Shown piece after piece: positions 53,283 through 61,309 of a stretch of 64,000 bases of DNA. Numbering within the stretch: the first letter of the stretch is position 1; each line of letters begins with the position of its first letter. The DNA is from Candidatus Levyibacteriota bacterium. GTDB lineage: Bacteria; Patescibacteriota; Microgenomatia; Levybacterales; UBA12049. The translations under genes were made by a program, and so were the position numbers. The notes below the pieces were generated by a model. It was not told the DNA's origin. It was given only the letters and a program-made list of their open reading frames with translations, and ran no database searches. The stretch spans positions 597,682-661,681 of the forward strand of contig PLZJ01000002.1 in NCBI GenBank assembly GCA_003152105.1, written 5' to 3'.

Positions 53283-54371
53283 ATGGCAGAATCTAAAAGT
53301 GAACAAGGAAGAAGTCCAAGAATAGATATTGTTGGCGGTGGAGTATCAGGATTAAACACAGGTATTGAAGCATTAAAAAGTGGAAAACAAGTAAGAATAT
53401 TTGAAGCTGAACCATACAATCCGACTTTAGCTCAAAATCCCGAGCAACAGAGAATCATCCGTAGGGCATCTGATGCTGGATCTGCACAGTGGTATCCATA
53501 CGTTGAAGGAGGTCTTAATAAAGGAGAGCAAGAAGATCAACTTCAGTGGATGGAGGATGCATTAGATAGTTATTTAGAAAGAGAAATTGTTGAAGGATAC
53601 AGTTCAGCAATGGCAAGACGAAGAAATTTTGAATTAATGAGGGATGCAGAGCCTATGCCAGATTATTTAAGAGGGATGCTCGAAAAGTTTGGCCCTGTAA
53701 AAGAATTTGGAGATGTTCCTAAGAATCCTCTTGAGTATTCTTATGGATATGATTTTACAACTCTTGCAATTAATTCACCTGCTATGCTAACAGCTTTAAG
53801 ACAGGAATTCAATGAGTTAGGAGGAAATTTTGTATCCAAAAAAATAGAATCTGCTGATGAATTTTATGAATTGCCTGGAGATGTATTAGTAAATTGTACA
53901 GGCCTTGGTTCATCTGAATTATTCCCCGATACAGGCTAAGAGGCTGTAAAGGGACATATGCTATTTTATAAAAATCCTGGAATAGATACTATTGTAAGCG
54001 CTGAGGATTTAATAGTTCTTCCTAGATCAGATAATTTGCTAGTTGTAGGAGCTTTATATCTTCATGAAGGAGACTATAGTACTGATGATCCAACTATTCC
54101 AGAAAGACAAGATATTCTTAAACGAATTAATCATATGATAGGAATTGATTTAAAGGAATTTGATCAACTAAAAGAGCAATTAAAAAAAGCAGAATATATG
54201 GGAGAAACTTCTGGTTTTCGTCCGTACAGAAAAGCAGGGACTTTAGTCACTGCAACTTCAGGACCAAATGACAAGATAGTTGTACACAATGTAGGACATG
54301 GGGGAATGGGATGGACACTAGCTGGAACCGGAAAAGCAGCACTTAGAGAGATTAATAAAGCATTGAAATAA
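53283..54371 (+). pseudogene. D-amino acid oxidase-like gene interrupted by an in-frame TAA (53937-53939)
   Basis: Both ORFs share one frame; GGGVSG, VNCTGLG, then *EAVKGH, GFRPYR, HNVGHGGMG. Confidence 0.8.
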
Positions 54372-54452
54372 TCTATTAAATACTTCTAATACTTCAATAA
54401 AATATGTAATTATTAGGCAACTCGAAACTGTTGAGTGTATAAATTTATCATA

Positions 54453-54481
54453 TTGACTTTACTTTGATAAAGTAATATAAT
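54453..54481 (+). promoter_or_regulatory. Sigma70 promoter of the YerC-like gene
   Basis: TTGACT 54453-54458, 17 bp, TATAAT 54476-54481. Confidence 0.8.
54455..54474. promoter_or_regulatory. Operator 1 (ACTTTA-N6-TAAAGT)
   Basis: GACTTTACTTTGATAAAGTA overlapping -35 and spacer. Confidence 0.8.
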
Positions 54482-54487
54482 AAAACG

Positions 54488-54507
54488 TACTTTATCTAAC
54501 TAAAGTA
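54488..54507. promoter_or_regulatory. Operator 2 (TACTTTA-N6-TAAAGTA)
   Basis: TACTTTATCTAACTAAAGTA ending on the A of the start codon. Confidence 0.85.
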
Positions 54508-54827
54508 TGAAATATAATAAAAATATAAGTCAACTATATAAAGCAATACTTTCATTAAAAAACGAAGACGAATCAAGGAGATTCTTTCGTGACTTACTTA
54601 CTGAACCTGAAATCAAAGAATTTGCATCCAGATGGCAAGTTGCTAATATGCTTGAAAATAATATTAATTACGATATTATTACTAAAAAAACTGGTATGAG
54701 TTCAACAACGATTGCAAGAATAAGTAAATGGTTAAATAAAGGTTATGGAGGATATAAGCTTATGATAAAGAGATTAAATGAAGAAAAAAATAATCATCAT
54801 AACACCACTAATATGGCGGTGTTTTAA
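54507..54827 (+). CDS. YerC/YecD (TrpR-like, HisR-type) repressor
   Basis: AILSLK, FFRDLLT..EI, RWQVANML, TGMSSTTIARI, GYGGY. Confidence 0.88.
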   Translation: MKYNKNISQLYKAILSLKNEDESRRFFRDLLTEPEIKEFASRWQVANMLENNINYDIITKKTGMSSTTIARISKWLNKGYGGYKLMIKRLNEEKNNHHNTTNMAVF

Positions 54828-54874
54828 TTTGTTTACATAGTACATTATTAATACCGCCAATAGGCGGTTTTTTT
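54795..54874 (+). promoter_or_regulatory. Putative translation-coupled attenuator embedded in the repressor 3' end
   Basis: CAT CAT codons 54795-54800; mutually exclusive pairings 54801-54810/54814-54823, 54814-54823/54850-54859, 54853-54858/54863-54868. Confidence 0.65.
54853..54874 (+). terminator. Intrinsic terminator
   Basis: ACCGCC-AATA-GGCGGT followed by a T run. Confidence 0.85.
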
Positions 54875-54891
54875 GTGGCTTAAAAAATAGT

Positions 54892-55707
54892 ATGGAAAAT
54901 ATACAAAATAAATTAACAGTATTAGAACAGGATTTTGATCAGCGGCTATTACAAGACTATCCTGGACTTTATAGAAACAAGTTTGTGCTTGTTGATAACA
55001 AGCAGACAAGACTTGCGATAGATGATGTGTCTTGTAAAACAAGCACTTCTTTATCAGATGGGATTGAGCTCTTGCTTATGTCATGTAAAGGGTGGGTTGA
55101 GGTATATGATGCGGGTCAATTAACACAAACGCTAAGCTTAAAAATGCAATCTTTCTTAAAAGCACTTGATAGGAAAAAAACATTACTAGTTTTTCCTGGA
55201 AATGGTGCAAAGATTGTTGAGGATTTATTACTTGAGGAAATTGATTTAGAAGGTTTTTCTAGAGTTAGTGTTGATGTGCAAAGGAAAGTTTCCGCAAATG
55301 GAAATGTATCTAGAGTTGAAGTATTAGATAAAGTTCCTATAAGAGAAAAAATAAAAGAAATGAAACCTAATATGATAATTGTAATAGATGACGTAATAAT
55401 GAGTGGATCTACTCTAATGTCGCTTAAGGAAGCATTTCCTATCAGGGGTGCAGAATGGTTTGGAGCTTCACTTATGGCACTGTCGCCTACGCAAAATAAA
55501 AAAAACGGAAAACCAAGTGGAGTTGAAGGATATAAATCAATAATAACTCCAATTGTTTATCAAGGTATAAGTGGCATTCCTTCATTGAATAGTATTTCAA
55601 CCCTTATAGGAAATACTGAAAAGTCACAACAAGTTAGAGACACATACTGTCAGAAGTATGTGCAGGATAGAGACGCTTTTTATCAAGCAATAAGATCATT
55701 ACAATAA
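54892..55707 (+). CDS. Type I phosphoribosyltransferase-fold protein
   Basis: IIVIDDVIMSGSTL PRPP-binding loop. Confidence 0.7.
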   Translation: MENIQNKLTVLEQDFDQRLLQDYPGLYRNKFVLVDNKQTRLAIDDVSCKTSTSLSDGIELLLMSCKGWVEVYDAGQLTQTLSLKMQSFLKALDRKKTLLVFPGNGAKIVEDLLLEEIDLEGFSRVSVDVQRKVSANGNVSRVEVLDKVPIREKIKEMKPNMIIVIDDVIMSGSTLMSLKEAFPIRGAEWFGASLMALSPTQNKKNGKPSGVEGYKSIITPIVYQGISGIPSLNSISTLIGNTEKSQQVRDTYCQKYVQDRDAFYQAIRSLQ

Positions 55708-55723
55708 AATGTATAATACGAGT

Positions 55724-56245
55724 ATGAAAAAGTTACAAATAGGCATAATAGGTTCAGCAGGTGTTGAAGAATATCCATTTTCTAAGCCAAGCAATAAACT
55801 TTATGAACTTGCATATGAAATAGGCACATTAATCGCAAAAAATGGATCTATATTAATTTGTGGAGGAAAAGGGGGAATTATGGAGGAGGCTTGTCGTGGA
55901 GCTAAAGAAAATGGAGGAATTACTGTTGGGGTAATAGGAGGAAATAATAGAGGAGAATCTAATAAGTATGTTGATGTTGAAGTGGTAAGTGGTATAACTA
56001 ATTATGCAGAAGAAGGGTTAATAATATCTATGTCTGACGGCATAATTGCACTTGGTGGTGGAGCCGGTACTTTACAAGAATTAGCCATGGCATACAGGAG
56101 TAATAAAAAAGTAGCAACAATTAAAAATACGAAAGGGTGGTCAATGAATCTTTCAAATCAGTTTTTGGATGAAAGGAATATAACAAAAATTAAATTGTGT
56201 GATTCTCCGAAATCTGCTGTATCATATATCCTAAAAAATATTTGA
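55724..56245 (+). CDS. LOG/SLOG family (TIGR00725-like) protein
   Basis: CGGKGGIMEEACRGA, GGGAGTLQELAMA; likely start ATG 55724. Confidence 0.85.
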   Translation: MKKLQIGIIGSAGVEEYPFSKPSNKLYELAYEIGTLIAKNGSILICGGKGGIMEEACRGAKENGGITVGVIGGNNRGESNKYVDVEVVSGITNYAEEGLIISMSDGIIALGGGAGTLQELAMAYRSNKKVATIKNTKGWSMNLSNQFLDERNITKIKLCDSPKSAVSYILKNI

Positions 56246-56252
56246 TAATTCA

Positions 56253-57482
56253 TTAAATATTAGAGCTGATTTCTTTACTAATGGATATGGCTGTTACCGG
56301 AGACTGTGTAAATCCTCCTGCTGAATGTCCAACAGCAATGATAATTGGTAATTTATTTTTGTGATTCACCACTAGCGTGGGAACTCCTGTTGGAGTAGCT
56401 GGTCTTATGCAATAAGATGTTGCTTTTATCGTTGAATCGGGAAGCCATTGTTTTACTTCTTTAAGCATATCGTCCATTATTGGTTTTGCAAGTAACGAAG
56501 CTTCATTATGAGGTCTACTTCCAACAAATCCATACCCTCCACTAAGAAGAAGACTTGTTTTACTTGGAGTAATATTGATGTAATTAACTGGTTCAGGTCC
56601 ATATATTTTACATGCTACTTTTATACCAGGATTATCCACTTCAACCCAACAACCAATAACACCTGCAAGTAGTACGTTAAACTTGCTTAAAAGTTGAGTA
56701 GTATCCAAAGATACACCACTACAACAAACAAGAGCATCTGCTTTTAGATTCTCGAAGTAATAATCAGAACTTAGCAAGTGTTTATCTGAAATTGTTGTAT
56801 CCCAAATAAAAGTCGTACCCAATTTACTCAAATATTCAACAATGTTATGACATATTGATTTAGCATAATAAGCACTACCAAACAAAGTAAAATATCCAAA
56901 ACCTCCAAGCATTGAGAGCCTATTATTAAATGGTAAAAGTGTGTCTGGTAAAACTTGGTTTTCACATAATCTTACTCTTTTATCAAGAGAATGTTCATAT
57001 GTAAATTCTGAAAGTAAATCATCTTTGCTCCTGCAAATTATCGGCATTACAGTGTCGTGTTTAAAAGGTTGTAGAAAGTCATATTTATTTCCTAATAGTT
57101 CCCACATTCGAATCCCTTCTTTATTTAAATTTATTACTACGGAAGTATTAAGATCATGTGATTTTGTGTCTTGTGATGTTTCCTTAAATTTTGAAATCCA
57201 TTCCACTTCTAGCTTATTTAGTTTGTTTTTTGGTATGCAAAGCCAGCCTTTTTCTGAAGAATTTTTCGTAATTAGTTCGAAGCGGTGACTCGACGTCCAG
57301 GGGGCTGTTTCAGTATAAGAAATGTGTCTTGCATCAAAACCACTATATGTTGCACCGTGTGTATGACTATTATGTTTTGGGTTTGGACCAGCATCAATGA
57401 CCGTAATTTTATATTTTTTTGAGAGTTCTAAGGCTGTCATTAGTCCTGTTATACCTGCTCCAATAATTGCAATGTGTTTCAT
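56253..57482 (-). CDS. FAD-dependent oxidoreductase (DadA/DAO family)
   Basis: IIGAGITGL, CIRPATPTGVP, GHSAGGFT. Confidence 0.8.
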   Translation of the reverse strand: MKHIAIIGAGITGLMTALELSKKYKITVIDAGPNPKHNSHTHGATYSGFDARHISYTETAPWTSSHRFELITKNSSEKGWLCIPKNKLNKLEVEWISKFKETSQDTKSHDLNTSVVINLNKEGIRMWELLGNKYDFLQPFKHDTVMPIICRSKDDLLSEFTYEHSLDKRVRLCENQVLPDTLLPFNNRLSMLGGFGYFTLFGSAYYAKSICHNIVEYLSKLGTTFIWDTTISDKHLLSSDYYFENLKADALVCCSGVSLDTTQLLSKFNVLLAGVIGCWVEVDNPGIKVACKIYGPEPVNYINITPSKTSLLLSGGYGFVGSRPHNEASLLAKPIMDDMLKEVKQWLPDSTIKATSYCIRPATPTGVPTLVVNHKNKLPIIIAVGHSAGGFTQSPVTAISISKEISSNI

Positions 57483-57589
57483 AGTGAGATTATATCAAAT
57501 AACCAATATTTTCCTTTCGTACAATAGTTCTAATTGTCTCGAAAAGCACAGAATAGATCTCCGTACTTTGTTACGATATAATGCAATGT

Positions 57590-58228
57590 ATGGATATAAC
57601 TGAAAAAACAGCAATTCTTAGAAAGTTCTCAATATTTGGATCGTTATCAGATCAAGCCTTTTTAGATGTTGGAAGTAAGACGCACGAGATTGCAATAGAT
57701 GAGGGAAAAGTATTTATTAGACAAGGAGATACTGTAGGTCCTATTTATTTTATTTATAATGGCTTAGCAAAGATTTATAGATTAAATGAAAATGGAATGG
57801 TTGCTAATTTGGGATTTGCAGGAGAATTTGAAATAGTTGGAGATATGGCCTTTATTACTAGCCAAAACAGATCTGCATCGGTTGAGGCAATGCGTAAAGT
57901 TGACGCACTTGTCCTCTCTCCAGAAGATTTTAAAAATATATTATATGCTTATCCGGAAATCTCGATACAATTAATGCAAATTTTTTCTCAAAGACTTCGC
58001 AAAAGTAATGCTTCCTCTGAAGAAATGATGTTTCAAAACCTTACCCATAGAACCTGGATAGCGCTTGAAACATTAAGTAAATATTTTCCAGAAAAAAGCA
58101 TAACGCTTTCTCATGAAGAATTAGCAGAAATAGTCGGAGCAACAAGAGCACGAACAACAGAGGCGCTACATCAGTTACAAAAAGAGAAAAAAATACAGCT
58201 TTCTCATAGAAATATCCACATATTATAA
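57590..58228 (+). CDS. Crp/Fnr family regulator
   Basis: RQGD, GDMAF..RSASVEA phosphate-binding cassette, LSHEELAEIVGATR HTH; ATG 57590 follows TATAAT. Confidence 0.92.
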   Translation: MDITEKTAILRKFSIFGSLSDQAFLDVGSKTHEIAIDEGKVFIRQGDTVGPIYFIYNGLAKIYRLNENGMVANLGFAGEFEIVGDMAFITSQNRSASVEAMRKVDALVLSPEDFKNILYAYPEISIQLMQIFSQRLRKSNASSEEMMFQNLTHRTWIALETLSKYFPEKSITLSHEELAEIVGATRARTTEALHQLQKEKKIQLSHRNIHIL

Positions 58229-58229
58229 G

Positions 58230-58272
58230 TGTTCTTTAAAGAACTGAATAATATCTTTACTCCATTTATACT
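58230..58272 (+). promoter_or_regulatory. Crp-type palindrome centred at -41.5 plus -10 box
   Basis: TGTTC-TTTAAA-GAACT (58230-58245; 14-bp perfect core); TATACT 58267-58272. Confidence 0.65.
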
Positions 58273-58280
58273 CTTCTTGT

Positions 58281-59204
58281 ATGATAAGCGAACAATATTT
58301 TTCAACTGAACGAAGTGGAGAAAGTCAACTATATGTTGAGATTGGAATAAACAATGCATTAGCGCATATAGCGGAAAACTTTGAACATAGCTCTAAGGGG
58401 TTAGAAAACTTACCTTTTCATAACACAGATCACACAAGGCAAGTTATGAGAAGAACCCAATTAATTCTCTCAACTATAAGTTCAGCTGATCCTACGCTTG
58501 TTTCTTCACAGGATATGCTTCTTGGTCAACTTGCAGCAGCTTTTCATGATTCAGAACAAAAATGGAAAAATAAAAAAGTGAAAACAGGAAATCAAGATAC
58601 ATTAATAAGAGAGCGCTATGGTGTAGGAAATGAAGTCATAAGCTGTGCTAATGCGGTAAACTATATGGTACATGTAAATGAAACAGAAGGTAAAGATATA
58701 TTTTCAAAAGATGATATTGAAACGGTTGTTGAGGCAATACTGGTTACAATACCTGTATTTGATCTAAGACATCAAACAGTTGCGCAACCAAATTTAAGCA
58801 ATAGGACCTCACTTGTAGCAAGGGCAGTAGCCTTAGCTGATCTTGGGTCTGCTGGGCTTGACGGGCTAGAAATGGTAAAGGAAGATAGTAAAAAATTATT
58901 TCGAGAAGAAAACTTAGATATTACCATACGACTTTCTGAAGATATTCCTTTAACAAAAGATGAGGAAAGCTTCTATAAAGATAGATATCTTAAATGGGTA
59001 AGTACGCAATATCCATTCGCAAAAGGAAGAAAAGACCTCTTAACTACTGAATTGGATGGAATTCCTCAACACGTCTTGCCTTATGTAGAAAGGCTTTTTA
59101 ATAAATTTGATGAAACTCTAGCTGGTTTAGAAAATATAACTGCTTCATATGCAGCACTCGAACCAAAAGAATTACTTGTTGAAGTGGGATATCATTTACA
59201 ATAA
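58281..59204 (+). CDS. HD-domain phosphohydrolase, cyclic-nucleotide PDE-like
   Basis: FHNTDHT, AAAFHD, ALADLG. Confidence 0.75.
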   Translation: MISEQYFSTERSGESQLYVEIGINNALAHIAENFEHSSKGLENLPFHNTDHTRQVMRRTQLILSTISSADPTLVSSQDMLLGQLAAAFHDSEQKWKNKKVKTGNQDTLIRERYGVGNEVISCANAVNYMVHVNETEGKDIFSKDDIETVVEAILVTIPVFDLRHQTVAQPNLSNRTSLVARAVALADLGSAGLDGLEMVKEDSKKLFREENLDITIRLSEDIPLTKDEESFYKDRYLKWVSTQYPFAKGRKDLLTTELDGIPQHVLPYVERLFNKFDETLAGLENITASYAALEPKELLVEVGYHLQ

Positions 59205-61181
59205 TTTTCTATTTCGCAGTAACAACATCAAGCCACCCCAGATATATTCTGACAACACTACAGGAATTATTAGAAGTGCAATGAAAGTTGAAGGAGTAGT
59301 CAGAAGCAGAAAAATTCTGTTTAACAAGAGTTGTATTATTCCAAGCGGTGAATCATCTTTAATAGCATACGTAATAAAATTAGGTGAAGTACTACTCAGC
59401 AAAACTTGGTCATTACTGCTATCTTTACGCATAGAAAATTCCGTAATATATTCTTTGCCAGCTGACTGTGAAAGCGGAGGAAAATTAAATGTAAATTCTG
59501 GATCCTTAACATTTTCTACCATAACTGCTGAAGTCAAAGAGGTATAAATAATATGATGAGCATTATCGAGTAATTGAAATACTATGACTGCGTGACGACC
59601 ATTATTGCTTTGAATCTTATTGTTATCATACTGCAAGTGAAGCGCAATTGTATTTATATTATTGTTTTTGCCTGTAAAAGGGAATTCAATGGGATTTTTA
59701 CCAAGTGCGTATATTGAAGAAGGAGGAATATGATTTGGTTGAATCGAATACGTATCAACTAGTAATGACGCTGGATAATGCAGTGTATAAATACAAATAA
59801 TTAGCAATAAATAAACAGTCATTGTGAATGCCAGAAATGTAAAGCTTGGTGGTCTTGGTGTTGTGTCAATTTTTTGCTTACTACTTAACATTGTTTCTTT
59901 TGGTAAGCGTTTGTGATATGTAAAGTACAACTTATCGACAATATGATAGAGAAACCATGCAAGAAGAATTGAAAGTACTGTTGCAATGATAATTGTTAAA
60001 CAGAGATAAATTCCAAGAGGAAGATGGATAAGGGATAAGATCGAACTTGTCCAGTTTATTGCCTGCTCATGTGTTAAATATAATGTATAACTAATTACTC
60101 CTAAAAATACAAAAAGTTTTCTGTCAAATATTTTTTGTATAATACTTTTTGGAGTGATTGCCCCAATAATTGTCAATGCAATCACCCAGCTCGCAAACAG
60201 GAAATAATAATTATTTGCAATCTTATCTCCGGCATAAGGAAGGGAAACGTTTGCCCACTGGGTAAAAATAAGGAGTACAAGAGTAATAATTCCAATAATA
60301 TTGTTTTGTGCAAGCTTTTCTAATCTATTCCATAGTTTTCCTTGTTGCTGATAAATTGTGCCAATAGTAACTCCTGCAATAAAGCCACTTGAGTGGGCAA
60401 TATTTAAAACTATTAATGGGCTTTTAAACATTATAAATGCATTGTCTAAATCAAAAACAATTTTTGTAGTAAGCATTATAAGCAGTAGTCCAACAACCCA
60501 TCCCCATTTTTTTCCTACATATATAAGTGGGATTACAAAAAACGGATAAACTATATAAAAAAGTACTTCAACAGGTAAACTCCAGAATACATCATTTACA
60601 TTGAGTATAAATCCTGAAATAGGCCTTGTTACTGTAATATTTGCAAGAAGTGTTAAGACATTATGAAACTGTGTGCCTTCAGGATGTTGTGGCGCAATAG
60701 ATGGAAAAATAAAAACTAAATAGAAAAATACAGTGAGTTGTAGAATAACAAAACCCCAAAAAAGAATTTTCCCTATTTGTTCGTTTTTATCTGAGACTTT
60801 AATATATTGCCAAATAAAACGTATACCAAATGCTAAAACAAGTATTAGTATTATTTGTATTATCCAAGAATTTGCACGGTGTTCGAAGAAGAGAACCCAA
60901 AAAAAGATATTTGCTAATATAAGCATTGGAAATATTCTTGTATATCTTTTTTTAATAAATGATACAGGACTTTTAAGTGTTGGATAGAGAAAAGCCATCA
61001 GAAATCCTGTAAGTACAAAGAGGATTTGTACTGCATTTGAACCCGCAAAAGCAACACCATAAATGCTATAGATAATAGGACCAAATGCAAGAAGTACGAG
61101 GTTGTTATGAAGATGAGATAGCATTACGGAAATTGCTGCTAAGCCTCTTAACCCATCAAGTGCCGAAAGTCTTTTCTTCAT
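59196..61181 (-). CDS. Acyltransferase-3 (OafA-like) with C-terminal extracellular domain
   Basis: LDGLRGLA, FVLTGFLM, KRYTRIFP, WSLPVEVLFY, GVISYTLYLTH. Confidence 0.9.
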   Translation of the reverse strand: MKKRLSALDGLRGLAAISVMLSHLHNNLVLLAFGPIIYSIYGVAFAGSNAVQILFVLTGFLMAFLYPTLKSPVSFIKKRYTRIFPMLILANIFFWVLFFEHRANSWIIQIILILVLAFGIRFIWQYIKVSDKNEQIGKILFWGFVILQLTVFFYLVFIFPSIAPQHPEGTQFHNVLTLLANITVTRPISGFILNVNDVFWSLPVEVLFYIVYPFFVIPLIYVGKKWGWVVGLLLIMLTTKIVFDLDNAFIMFKSPLIVLNIAHSSGFIAGVTIGTIYQQQGKLWNRLEKLAQNNIIGIITLVLLIFTQWANVSLPYAGDKIANNYYFLFASWVIALTIIGAITPKSIIQKIFDRKLFVFLGVISYTLYLTHEQAINWTSSILSLIHLPLGIYLCLTIIIATVLSILLAWFLYHIVDKLYFTYHKRLPKETMLSSKQKIDTTPRPPSFTFLAFTMTVYLLLIICIYTLHYPASLLVDTYSIQPNHIPPSSIYALGKNPIEFPFTGKNNNINTIALHLQYDNNKIQSNNGRHAVIVFQLLDNAHHIIYTSLTSAVMVENVKDPEFTFNFPPLSQSAGKEYITEFSMRKDSSNDQVLLSSTSPNFITYAIKDDSPLGIIQLLLNRIFLLLTTPSTFIALLIIPVVLSEYIWGGLMLLLRNRKLL

Positions 61182-61270
61182 AAAAACATCACACTATCGT
61201 AACATTCTAGTTTGGATAAATAAATATGCAATATAACTTTCTTTTTTGAAACCAATAAATTGTAGTAACC

Positions 61271-61299
61271 TTGACAATAGTCTCATTTGAGCCTACAAT
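61271..61299 (+). promoter_or_regulatory. Sigma70 promoter of the hexokinase-CYTH gene
   Basis: TTGACA 61271-61276, 17 bp, TACAAT 61294-61299. Confidence 0.75.
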
Positions 61300-61309
61300 A
61301 AGCTCTTCT

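Noticed and set aside
53937-53939. Alternative genetic code or programmed read-through
   Set aside because: TAA, TAG and TGA all end conserved genes normally in this window; this is a single isolated case.
54892-56245. PRTase + SLOG pair as an anti-phage system
   Set aside because: No effector, TIR/SIR2, nuclease or defence-island context; the upstream regulation points to metabolism.
57535-57550. TGTCT-N6-GCACA between the dadA-like gene and crp as a Crp site
   Set aside because: Only about 7/10 match to either consensus and slightly off canonical spacing; too weak to call.
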